A stretch of DNA of 32,000 bases from Methanococcus maripaludis (GCF_002945325.1 NZ_CP026606.1:360001-392000); one strand, 5' to 3'; numbered from the stretch's first letter, positions 8,848 to 17,109 are shown. Made by a program: numbers and translations. Notes: generated from the sequence alone by a model not told the origin.

Positions 8848-9540
8848 TTAGTTTCCTTTCCAGATTCCAACCATCATCATGTGGTCTTTTTCGAAAGGTT
8901 CGATGTTTACTTCATCAACAATTTCAAATCCGCCTTCAATCAATATTTTCTTTTGTTCAGCAAATATTTCTCTTGGATTTTTTGTAACATCGACACTTCT
9001 TGCTTTTATAGATATCATTGCATATCCATTTTCTTTTAAAAACCATTTTGCATTTTTTACAAGAATTTCTGCCTGGTTTGGCTGTGCAACATCTTCAAAA
9101 ATGACATCCACTTTTTCAACGATATTTGAATAATCCTGAGGCCTGTTTGCATCCCCTAAAACAGGAATTAAATTTTTCCTTTCATTGCATGAATCAATAA
9201 ATTCTCTCATGATTCTTGGTGCAAACTCAAGAGCATAAACGAGGGAATTTTCTGCAATATCTGCAACGTGTGAAGGAGTAGTTCCAGCAGATGCTCCAAG
9301 GTAGAGAACTTTCTCTCCTTTTTTGATAGGCAACTTTTTCAAGCCGTTTATGATTGCAGCTCCAAGTTTACTCTTGTTTGGATTCCATATTCTATACTCT
9401 ATACTGTCAGAATATACTAATTTTTCCCCGTAAACTCTTTTTCCAGGAACTAATGATTTTGTAGCAATTCTTTTAAGTCCGTCTCCAAAATCTACTGAAT
9501 ATACGTTATCAAAAATTTCTTTTACCCTAATTTTTTCCAT
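8848..9540 (-). CDS. flpA: Fibrillarin-like rRNA/tRNA 2'-O-methyltransferase
   Basis: 230 aa with RVYGEKLV..EYRIWNPNKSKLGAAI and the SAM-binding VLYLGASAGTTPSHVADI motif. It lies immediately downstream of nop5, the classical operon. GGTGAG SD present. Confidence 0.9.
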   Translation of the reverse strand: MEKIRVKEIFDNVYSVDFGDGLKRIATKSLVPGKRVYGEKLVYSDSIEYRIWNPNKSKLGAAIINGLKKLPIKKGEKVLYLGASAGTTPSHVADIAENSLVYALEFAPRIMREFIDSCNERKNLIPVLGDANRPQDYSNIVEKVDVIFEDVAQPNQAEILVKNAKWFLKENGYAMISIKARSVDVTKNPREIFAEQKKILIEGGFEIVDEVNIEPFEKDHMMMVGIWKGN

Positions 9541-9557
9541 TTAACTCACCATATGGC

Positions 9558-10988
9558 TTAATTCTGTGAGGAAGTTTTTCCGATTACTTTTCGCTCAGCT
9601 TTAACTTTTTTTGTCGAATCTCTTCTTTTTTCGCCAGATTTTTCCTTTGGAGGCTGATTTCCGCTATTTTTTGGTTTTCCACCAAATGGTTTCCTATCGC
9701 CTTTCCTGTTATCTCGTCTGTCGTCTTTTCCAGCAGGTTTTTTACCAAACGGCTTTCCACCTTTTTTAGAGTCGCCCCGTTTACCCTGTGGTTTTCTGTC
9801 ACCTTGTGACCTTCTATCCCTATCTTGGCCGCCTTTATTGCCAAAACTTCTCGTATCAGGTCTTGGTCTTCTTTTTCTCGTTGGTTCAGGGAATTTTTCT
9901 TTTATTTGGGCTACTTTTTTATTCATGTCTTCAATTAACATGTCAGAAATATCATTTCCAAAAGCATCTGCCCTTATCGCAATTGAAATTTTACAAGAAA
10001 TTGCTCTTGCAATTTTTCCGTGTATCCACCAAGGACTTCCCTGTATAAGCGGGTGCTGGAATATAACCCCGTGTTTTGGAGGTAATGCTCTTTCTCTTAA
10101 GTGTGCAAATAATGCTTTTTCTGCACCGATAACCTGAATTGTTGATGCAGGAAGTCTTAAAAGTCTTTCAATTCCACCTGCAAGGCTTATCAATCTTGCA
10201 CCAAGTGATGCACCTGCAACTTTCGTTAAATTTGGAGCAATTTCATTCATTGAAGTTTCCAAATATTCTTGCAAGCTTTCCCTGTATTCATACATGCTCT
10301 TTATTTCATCTGCAAGGTTTTTCATGATTTTTAAATCAAATTCGGATACATCTGCACCCATTGATTCTTTTGCAGCAAGCGAAATTGTTCTTGCAACGTT
10401 TGAAGGCATCGTTTTTTTAAGTTTTGTTCGAGTATATTCTTCCCTGTCCCCGTATTCGGAAACTAAACTCACATAAATATCGTGTTTCTTAACAATATTG
10501 TCCATTTCAGGAAAGTATAGTGAATACCATTCTCTAAGTCTTTCTGAAAACAAGTTTAGAGTTTCATCAAGGTTATCGAGGGCATTTACGGTTTGAACTA
10601 TCAATTTATCTTTCTGTTCTGATGATTTTTTCATCATCGATTTTGTGAAAGCAGTTGCCCAAACGTTCATTTTCGAAACAAAATCGGATTCATCTTCAAA
10701 AACTTCGTATTTTTGGCCTAATTCATATAAATTATCTCGAATAAGTTCTCCAAGTGGATTTTTAGAAGTAGTATACTCAAAACTAACATCTTCTTCTTCA
10801 ATTTCCCATTCGTTTTTCAATTCAGCGATTATTTCAAAATCGCCCTGTCTCAGCGCATACATTATTTTTGGGATATCCTCGTTTTCAAATATTTTGTAAT
10901 ATTTGATGTCGTCTAATGAATATCCGTCGTTTTTCGAGTTCGCTTCAAGTGCAAATGCTCCAAACGGTGCAAAGGCAATGAATAACAT
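9558..10988 (-). CDS. nop5: C/D box RNP core protein Nop5 (Nop56/58 homolog) with long basic C-terminal tail
   Basis: 476 aa. The Nop domain (IAPNLTKVAGASLGARLISLAGGIERL..GAEKALFAHLRE..PKHGVIFQHPLI) is preceded by a coiled-coil region. The C-terminal ~105 aa are K/R/G/D-rich low complexity. AGGTGA SD present. Confidence 0.85.
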   Translation of the reverse strand: MLFIAFAPFGAFALEANSKNDGYSLDDIKYYKIFENEDIPKIMYALRQGDFEIIAELKNEWEIEEEDVSFEYTTSKNPLGELIRDNLYELGQKYEVFEDESDFVSKMNVWATAFTKSMMKKSSEQKDKLIVQTVNALDNLDETLNLFSERLREWYSLYFPEMDNIVKKHDIYVSLVSEYGDREEYTRTKLKKTMPSNVARTISLAAKESMGADVSEFDLKIMKNLADEIKSMYEYRESLQEYLETSMNEIAPNLTKVAGASLGARLISLAGGIERLLRLPASTIQVIGAEKALFAHLRERALPPKHGVIFQHPLIQGSPWWIHGKIARAISCKISIAIRADAFGNDISDMLIEDMNKKVAQIKEKFPEPTRKRRPRPDTRSFGNKGGQDRDRRSQGDRKPQGKRGDSKKGGKPFGKKPAGKDDRRDNRKGDRKPFGGKPKNSGNQPPKEKSGEKRRDSTKKVKAERKVIGKTSSQN

Positions 10989-11181
10989 AAAATCACCTAA
11001 AAATTTATAAATCCATGAAAAATGTACTCTTAACTTCTAATCAATCTGAAACTATTTAATCATTCGGGTATTTAATACTACGTAAAACCCGATAAAAAAG
11101 ATTATAAATAATCGCAATTAAATAACTTTAAAAGGATTTTATTGAAGATACTGGATATTTTAATTTTATCAACGTGATATA

Positions 11182-12492
11182 ATGCTCGATTTTAATATTG
11201 AAGGGTTAATTCCAAAAAATATGGAAAAAAGGGGAGAATTAGTACTTAACGAATATTTAAAAGAAATTGAAGACGTATTCAACCATCGGAAAATTCCTGA
11301 AAACGGAATTGATGACGAAAAAATAAAGCTTTTTTTAAAATTTCTATCGATGATGGATACAGATAAAGACCCAAAATCTGTGAGAATAGGGGAAAGGGAA
11401 GCAAGAACATACTCTAAAATTCATGAAGAACTTTCATCAGGATTTTGCCACGGGATTGGAAGAAGTGGAAATTTAGTTGACCCTCAACCAAAAGCATCCG
11501 GGGCTAGTATCATGTACGCCCTTACAAACAAGATACTTGAGAGCTTTTTTAAACAATTGGGGCTAAATGTTCACGCAATTGCAACGCCAATATCAACAGG
11601 AATGTCCATATCATTATGTTTAAGCGCTGCAAGGAAAAAATACGGATCAAACATTGTAATTTACCCTTATGCATCCCACAAAAGCCCAATAAAAGCTGTG
11701 TCATTTGTCGGAATGAATATGAGGCTTGTTGAAACAGTTTTAGATTGCGACCGTGTATACGTTCCAGTTGAAGATATTGAAAATGCGATAAAAAAAGAAA
11801 TTGAACTTGGGAACCGCCCTTGTGTTTTGAGCACTTTGACGTTTTTTCCGCCAAGAAACAGCGATGATATTGTAGAAATTGCAAAAATTTGTGAGAATTA
11901 TGATATTCCACATATTATTAATGGAGCTTATGCAATTCAAAACAATTACTATCTTGAAAAGTTAAAAAAAGCGTTTAAATACAGAGTAGATGCCGTTGTA
12001 AGTTCAAGTGACAAAAATTTATTAACTCCAATTGGTGGCGGATTGGTATATTCAACAGATGCGGAATTTATAAAAGAAATATCACTTTCATACCCTGGAA
12101 GGGCGAGTGCAACACCTGTGGTGAATACATTAGTGTCACTTTTATCCATAGGATCTAAAAACTATCTCGAACTGGTAAAAAACCAGAAAAACAGCAAAAA
12201 ATTGCTTGATGAACTTTTAAATGACTTATCTAAAAAAACTGGCGGAAAATTTTTAGATGTTGAAAGCCCGATTGCATCCTGCATTTCTGTAAATTCAGAT
12301 CCCGTTGAAATTGCCGCAAAACTCTACAATTTAAGAGTAACGGGCCCAAGAGGAATTAAAAAAACAGATCATTTTGGAAACTGTTACTTGGGAACATATA
12401 CTCATGACTATATTGTAATGAACGCTGCAATTGGCGTTAGAACTGAAGATATTGTAAATTCAGTATCCAAACTTGAAAAGATTCTTTTATAA
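11182..12492 (+). CDS. spcS: O-phosphoseryl-tRNA(Sec) selenium transferase (SepSecS)
   Basis: 436 aa with the SLA/LP-SepSecS family pattern (GEREARTYSKIHEELSSGFCHGIGRSGNLVDPQPKASGASIM) and the PLP-lysine motif VVSSSDKNLLTPIGGG. Confidence 0.85.
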   Translation: MLDFNIEGLIPKNMEKRGELVLNEYLKEIEDVFNHRKIPENGIDDEKIKLFLKFLSMMDTDKDPKSVRIGEREARTYSKIHEELSSGFCHGIGRSGNLVDPQPKASGASIMYALTNKILESFFKQLGLNVHAIATPISTGMSISLCLSAARKKYGSNIVIYPYASHKSPIKAVSFVGMNMRLVETVLDCDRVYVPVEDIENAIKKEIELGNRPCVLSTLTFFPPRNSDDIVEIAKICENYDIPHIINGAYAIQNNYYLEKLKKAFKYRVDAVVSSSDKNLLTPIGGGLVYSTDAEFIKEISLSYPGRASATPVVNTLVSLLSIGSKNYLELVKNQKNSKKLLDELLNDLSKKTGGKFLDVESPIASCISVNSDPVEIAAKLYNLRVTGPRGIKKTDHFGNCYLGTYTHDYIVMNAAIGVRTEDIVNSVSKLEKILL

Positions 12493-12506
12493 TTTTTTAA
12501 GGTGTT

Positions 12507-13076
12507 TTGATGATAGGCGTTTCTAAAATGTATTCTGAAATCGTAGAGCTTTCAGGGATTACGGATTTTAAAATTGTAAATCCTTATAAGTCCTACTGTA
12601 ACTGCGAATATCTTCTTATTTCGAAAGGATATCTCGATAAAGTCCATAAATTAAACCCAAATTCCAAAATAATAGAAATAAACTCTGCTACGTTTTTAGA
12701 CCTGATTGAAAGTCTTGAAAAGTTAAAAAATGAAAATATTGGAAATATTGAGTTTATAAACAATTCAATTGAACATTTGAAAAAACTCGATTTTAAAATA
12801 AAAAACGATAATTCTGAATTTGTAAAAAATTTTGAATATAACATCGACTCTGATTCAAAATTTGTAAAAAAAATACTTGATGATTTGGGATTTGAACATA
12901 AAAATGGCAGTACAATTAAAATTATTCCAGATTATAATTTAAAAGAAGATTTGGATTTAAATGATATTATCATTTTAAAAACACACAGATATGATCTCAA
13001 ACTTGTTGAACGAATTGAAAATAGATATATGTCGATATTAAATTCGTTAAATAATATAATCCTCGGAAAAACATAA
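12507..13076 (+). CDS. Hypothetical cytoplasmic protein, function unknown
   Basis: 189-aa ORF starting 14 nt after the SepSecS stop, with an AAGGTG SD 5 nt upstream. No signal peptide, TM segment or nucleotide-binding motif is visible. The N-terminal half weakly recalls the first lobe of BtuF/TroA-like binding proteins, which is a very tentative impression. Confidence 0.5.
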   Translation: MMIGVSKMYSEIVELSGITDFKIVNPYKSYCNCEYLLISKGYLDKVHKLNPNSKIIEINSATFLDLIESLEKLKNENIGNIEFINNSIEHLKKLDFKIKNDNSEFVKNFEYNIDSDSKFVKKILDDLGFEHKNGSTIKIIPDYNLKEDLDLNDIIILKTHRYDLKLVERIENRYMSILNSLNNIILGKT

Positions 13077-13152
13077 AAAAGTTATATACTATTTCGTTCA
13101 TATTCTTCTAAGATATATAACTGTAATTAAAATATCAAAAGGTTGTGAGAAC

Positions 13153-13938
13153 ATGGCTATAACAATTGCAGTAGCCTCTGGTAAGGGGGGCACTGGAAAA
13201 ACAACAACCTGTGCTAACTTGGCGGTTGCACTATCCCAATTTGGTAAAGATGTAACTGTAATCGATGCAGATATTGCAATGGCAAATCTGGAACTTATCA
13301 TGGGGATTGAGGGAAAACCAATAACATTAAATGATGTCTTATCGGGGAATGCGGACATTAAAAGTGCAATATACGAAGGACCTGCGGGGGTAAAAGTAGT
13401 TCCGGCAGGAGTTTCGCTTGACAGCTTTAAAAAAGCACGACCTGAAAGACTTCTTGAAGTTCTGAGCAAACTCGATGAACAAAGCGAAGTTCTGCTTATT
13501 GACTGTCCTGCAGGAATAGGTAAAGAAGCACTTACTGCAATTTCAGCCGCAGAACATTTATTAGTTGTTGTAAACCCTGAAATATCATCAATATCTGATG
13601 CTTTAAAAGTTGTATCTATTGCAAACAGGGTAGAAACCAATGTACTCGGTGCAATTATTAACAGGGTGACTGAAGACAGCTCTGAATTAAGTTCAAGGTC
13701 CATTGAAACCATTTTAGAAATACCTATTGTCGGAATTGTTCCTGAAGACACAAACGTTAGGAGAAGTTCCGCTTTTGGCGTTCCTATTGTTCTTAAACAT
13801 AGCGACTCTCCAGCTGCGCAATCAATTATGGAACTTGGTGCAAAATTAGTCGGCAAACAATACATTCCTAAAGAAAAAACAAAAGACTCGTTTGTTAAAA
13901 AATTCTTTAAAGGAATATTTGGGGGTAAGAAAAAATGA
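13153..13938 (+). CDS. minD: MinD/ParA-family P-loop ATPase (archaeal MinD)
   Basis: 261 aa with the deviant Walker A motif ASGKGGTGKTT, then IDADIAMANLE and Walker B LLIDCPAG. The C-terminal SFVKKFFKGIFGGKKK resembles an amphipathic membrane-targeting tail. Confidence 0.85.
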   Translation: MAITIAVASGKGGTGKTTTCANLAVALSQFGKDVTVIDADIAMANLELIMGIEGKPITLNDVLSGNADIKSAIYEGPAGVKVVPAGVSLDSFKKARPERLLEVLSKLDEQSEVLLIDCPAGIGKEALTAISAAEHLLVVVNPEISSISDALKVVSIANRVETNVLGAIINRVTEDSSELSSRSIETILEIPIVGIVPEDTNVRRSSAFGVPIVLKHSDSPAAQSIMELGAKLVGKQYIPKEKTKDSFVKKFFKGIFGGKKK

Positions 13939-14117
13939 ATCTGGATCCGGGCGTACTTACAGTATTAGTCCTAATAAGCATTGTTTTAAACATATTTTTG
14001 TTCATGAAACTCGTTGTTCTCAAAGGCGAACTTGAAGGCATTAAACAATCTACAAGGCTAACTAGCGATGAAGTTAACAAATTGAATGAAAGGCTAAAAA
14101 ATATTAAACTGAGATAA
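13935..14117 (+). CDS. Small single-pass membrane protein with C-terminal coiled-coil-like segment
   Basis: 60 aa. Its ATG overlaps the minD stop (ATGA), with GGGGGT about 8 nt upstream. It has one TM helix (VLTVLVLISIVLNIFLFMKLVVL) followed by a charged heptad-like KGELEGIKQSTRLTSDEVNKLNERLKNIKLR. Confidence 0.5.
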   Translation: MNLDPGVLTVLVLISIVLNIFLFMKLVVLKGELEGIKQSTRLTSDEVNKLNERLKNIKLR

Positions 14118-14127
14118 GGTGAAACTT

Positions 14128-14784
14128 ATGAAAAAAATACACTACTTATTTTTTTTAAGTTTACTACTTATCCCAGCAATTAATGCAGCTGAACTTGCCC
14201 CTGACGCAGTTATGGTAAATGACAGCGTTTACCTCGTATTTGACTGGACTGCACCGGAAAACATTGAAAATCTTAGTTTATCAATCGATGCAGACGATAA
14301 TATTATCTTTGAAGAATACGAGTATAATGTAAGTGAAATCAGTGCAAATGAATCCGTATTTAAAATGTTTAAAGGAACGGCTACAGAGATTGGAAATTAC
14401 AAAATTAAGCTTTTAAAAAGATACTTCCAAAATGGAACTTTGATCGGGTCTGTTGAATTCTTTGAACTTTCAGTAGTTCCAGATGCAGGCGTCAGGATTG
14501 TTGAAAAGGTAGTTACTCCTGAAAATTATGAACCTGTGGAAATTTTAGAAACGGAAAATGATACTAAAGAGGAAATTTCAAATACTTCAGAAAATACAAC
14601 AGTAATTAGTTTAGAAGATAAAGATTTAAATAAATCCGAAATTACTGATAAAAATACAACTTCAACAGAAATAGTAACAGAAACCAAAAATGGATTAATT
14701 GGCCCAGGAGGTATATACTATATACTTGGAGGGTTAATCTTAGGTATATTACTCGGTGCAGTTATTGCATACGCAAAAGAATAA
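14128..14784 (+). CDS. Secreted, C-terminally anchored surface protein rich in N-glycosylation sequons
   Basis: Signal peptide MKKIHYLFFLSLLLIPAINA|AE, about 10 N-x-S/T sequons, an S/T/N/E-rich linker, and a C-terminal GPGGIYYILGGLILGILLGAVIAYAKE anchor. I place the start at ATG 14128 (AAGGTGA SD 5 nt upstream) rather than GTG 14119. Confidence 0.6.
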   Translation: MKKIHYLFFLSLLLIPAINAAELAPDAVMVNDSVYLVFDWTAPENIENLSLSIDADDNIIFEEYEYNVSEISANESVFKMFKGTATEIGNYKIKLLKRYFQNGTLIGSVEFFELSVVPDAGVRIVEKVVTPENYEPVEILETENDTKEEISNTSENTTVISLEDKDLNKSEITDKNTTSTEIVTETKNGLIGPGGIYYILGGLILGILLGAVIAYAKE

Positions 14785-14814
14785 TTTACATTTCTTTACT
14801 TTTTTAATGTGATA

Positions 14815-15516
14815 ATGATGATGGTTGCGGTCATTCCGGCATATAACGAAGAAAAAAATATTATCTCTGTTTTAAAGGACTTGAGCGACATAAACATTGA
14901 TGTTGTTGTCGTAGACGATGGAAGTACCGATAAAACAAAAACGATAATTAATGAATTTTTGGAAAAGAACGAATTTAAAAACAAAATATTTCCAATTTTC
15001 AAAGAAAAAAACGAAGGAAAATCAAAAGCACTTGAAGATGGCACAAATTATGCAGTAAATCTAAATTACGATGCCATTGTGTATCTTGATGGCGATTACC
15101 AACACAAACCATCGGATATTATACCGATGTACGAAAAAATGAAATCTGAAAATGCAGATGCCGTTTTTGGAATTAGAAAATACAAACATATTCCATTCCA
15201 CAGGCAGTTTTCAAACTTTCTTGCAAGTGTTATAATGTCGATAACCGTTTCAGTGTTCTCGGGAAATTTCCACATATTTAGAGACATACAGTGCGGATTT
15301 AGAATTATAAAATCTGAATTTTTAAAAAATTCGTATTTTGGCGATGGATACAGTGTTGAACACCTAATCGCACTTCAGTTAGCGAAAAAAAATGCGAAAA
15401 TAACCGAAGAATATGTAACAATTGACTACCACAACGATGCAATTTCATATATTACTACAAAAAAGATACTGGATGTTGTAAAAGAAGTTGCGAAATATGT
15501 TTTATCAAAACACTAA
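14815..15516 (+). CDS. Family 2 glycosyltransferase (dolichyl-phosphate sugar synthase-like)
   Basis: VIPAYNEEKNI, VVVVDDGSTDKT and the DXD-type YLDGDYQH motif are typical GT-A/GT2 features. The start is ambiguous within GTG ATA ATG ATG ATG (14809-14823). Confidence 0.8.
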   Translation: MMMVAVIPAYNEEKNIISVLKDLSDINIDVVVVDDGSTDKTKTIINEFLEKNEFKNKIFPIFKEKNEGKSKALEDGTNYAVNLNYDAIVYLDGDYQHKPSDIIPMYEKMKSENADAVFGIRKYKHIPFHRQFSNFLASVIMSITVSVFSGNFHIFRDIQCGFRIIKSEFLKNSYFGDGYSVEHLIALQLAKKNAKITEEYVTIDYHNDAISYITTKKILDVVKEVAKYVLSKH

Positions 15517-15520
15517 CTCG

Positions 15521-17053
15521 TTATTTTACTATTTTTCCAGTTATGGACCTTCTTCCATAGCCCGTTACTTTTATATCAACAAATTTTCCAATTTCAACGT
15601 TTTTCTCAGCAATTCCTATCAATATCGGGTAGCTTCCAAACTGCCTTCCAAAATAAAGATCATTTTTCTCCTTAACTTCAACTAGCACATTTTTTAATAT
15701 CGTTTCTGTTGGAAGCATCCTTTTTAACATCGGGTTATCTATTTGGGTTCTTATTTTTTCCTTAAACTTCAAAAATAAATTTTTTCGTTTTTTTGCTTTT
15801 TCAACATCTTTAACTGTTATATCGGTTCCAAAAAATGGAACTACCTGCCGTATATTTATCCGTCTAAGAATATTTTCTGAATCATATATCTCTTTTAAAT
15901 AATCGTAATTTATCTCAAAAGTATCGTTTGATTCCCCTTTTAACCCTGAAAGTAAATTTATCCCTGGAAGAAGATGTGGCATTCCATTTTCCCCCCTTTT
16001 TCCGCCAATTTCATTTAAAATATTAACAGCTTTTAAAACATCTTCTGGTTCAGTTAAAAGGCAGTTTTTTGAAATTACTTTTTCATCAAAACTTTCCACC
16101 CCAAAAGCTGCAACGTTTCCAGGAGTACAGTGTCTTACAAGTATTTTTGCAATTTCTCGCCCCTCTTTTTCATGTCTTGCAATAACAGAAGGGTTTGCAT
16201 TGTCAATATGTAAAACGTCAGGTTTTGAAACTGAAGTTATTCCTTTAAAGAGTTTTTCTATCTCTAAAACATTAGGTACTGGAACATCTGTGTTTTCCAC
16301 ATCTTTTGCCATATATGAAAACATGCAGGGCTGTCTTCCAATTCTAAAATATTTAATTCCGTTTTCATAGAGATTTCTTACTTCTTCAATTATATCTCTC
16401 GAATTTCTAAATTTTGGAGAACCATATCGTCTTGGTTCCGTACAAAAACTACATCCTCCACTAAATGCCCTTGCACAGCCCCGGTATGTCTCAATTTCTG
16501 CAATAATATTTGGATAGTTTGGATGGAGTTTTACAATTTTTGCCCCAATTTTAGCAAACTCATCGAGTTCATCGTAAGTTCTAAGCCTTGTTCCATCTGT
16601 TTTTTCAGGGTTTAGATTGTTTTTTAAAAGATCGTGTAAAACAGCATCTAAATCGCCTTCAGAAATCACGTCAAAGAAATATTTCAAATTTGATTCATCT
16701 TTTATTTTTCCGCCCTCAAGGGATGAACCAAATTTAGTTGCAACAGGGCCACCCAATATCTTTAAACCTTTAAAATTATACAAAATCGATACAAATTCTC
16801 TCAATGTTGCAGGGTTTGCATTTAAGTACTTTCCAGGGGTGTGAAACCCACATATCGCAATAACTACATCGTATCTATTAAAATCATATCCTTTTTTAAG
16901 TTCTTCTCGCAATTTATCGATTGTGATATAATCAACGTCGTGTTTAAATTTGTAAAGAACTCCCGCCGCATATCTTGGATACATTCCAATATATGGCGGA
17001 ACTCCAAGTCCTGCGGGTTCATCCGTATATCCATCAAGAATTAAAAATTTCAT
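15521..17053 (-). CDS. Radical SAM protein (YgiQ/B12-binding-like N-domain, C-terminal TRAM-like domain) with CX7CX2C motif
   Basis: ETYRGCARAFSGGCSFCTEPRRY (codons at 16442-16477) is followed by radical-SAM core features. The C-terminal GKFVDIKVTGYGRRSITGKIV is TRAM-like. I start at ATG 17053 (MKFLILDGY), not at 17095, which has no SD. Confidence 0.75.
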   Translation of the reverse strand: MKFLILDGYTDEPAGLGVPPYIGMYPRYAAGVLYKFKHDVDYITIDKLREELKKGYDFNRYDVVIAICGFHTPGKYLNANPATLREFVSILYNFKGLKILGGPVATKFGSSLEGGKIKDESNLKYFFDVISEGDLDAVLHDLLKNNLNPEKTDGTRLRTYDELDEFAKIGAKIVKLHPNYPNIIAEIETYRGCARAFSGGCSFCTEPRRYGSPKFRNSRDIIEEVRNLYENGIKYFRIGRQPCMFSYMAKDVENTDVPVPNVLEIEKLFKGITSVSKPDVLHIDNANPSVIARHEKEGREIAKILVRHCTPGNVAAFGVESFDEKVISKNCLLTEPEDVLKAVNILNEIGGKRGENGMPHLLPGINLLSGLKGESNDTFEINYDYLKEIYDSENILRRINIRQVVPFFGTDITVKDVEKAKKRKNLFLKFKEKIRTQIDNPMLKRMLPTETILKNVLVEVKEKNDLYFGRQFGSYPILIGIAEKNVEIGKFVDIKVTGYGRRSITGKIVK

Positions 17054-17109
17054 AAAATTCCCTTTTTTAAAATTGAGATTTGAGATATAATGCATATGTT
17101 TAAATTAGA

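Noticed and set aside
8453-9039. Three plus-strand ORFs (65-98 aa) spanning the ApgM-like / flpA spacer
   Set aside because: They overlap the 5' end of the ApgM-like gene, its promoter and the 3' end of flpA. The products are F/L/I/K/Y-rich AT-driven translations without motifs or an SD.
9584-10137. Alternative-frame ORFs (86-99 aa, both strands) over the 3' part of nop5
   Set aside because: They arise from the low-complexity purine-rich sequence encoding the Nop5 basic tail. They have no independent start signals.
11182-12492. Possible selenoprotein genes or SECIS elements, given the presence of SepSecS
   Set aside because: No ORF in the window looks interrupted by an in-frame TGA, and no known methanococcal selenoprotein family is encoded here. 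SepSecS itself is not a selenoprotein.
13098-13865. 255-aa ORF on the minus strand covering almost all of minD
   Set aside because: It is antisense to a gene with unmistakable MinD motifs. The product is S/T/A/I-rich low complexity with no recognisable motif or SD. This is a typical shadow ORF.
14690-14784. C-terminal GPGG-TM-KE tail of the surface protein as a bona fide PGF-CTERM archaeosortase signal
   Set aside because: The tripeptide is PGG rather than PGF, and I cannot verify that this organism has an archaeosortase. It is mentioned only as a resemblance in the MinD-cluster finding.
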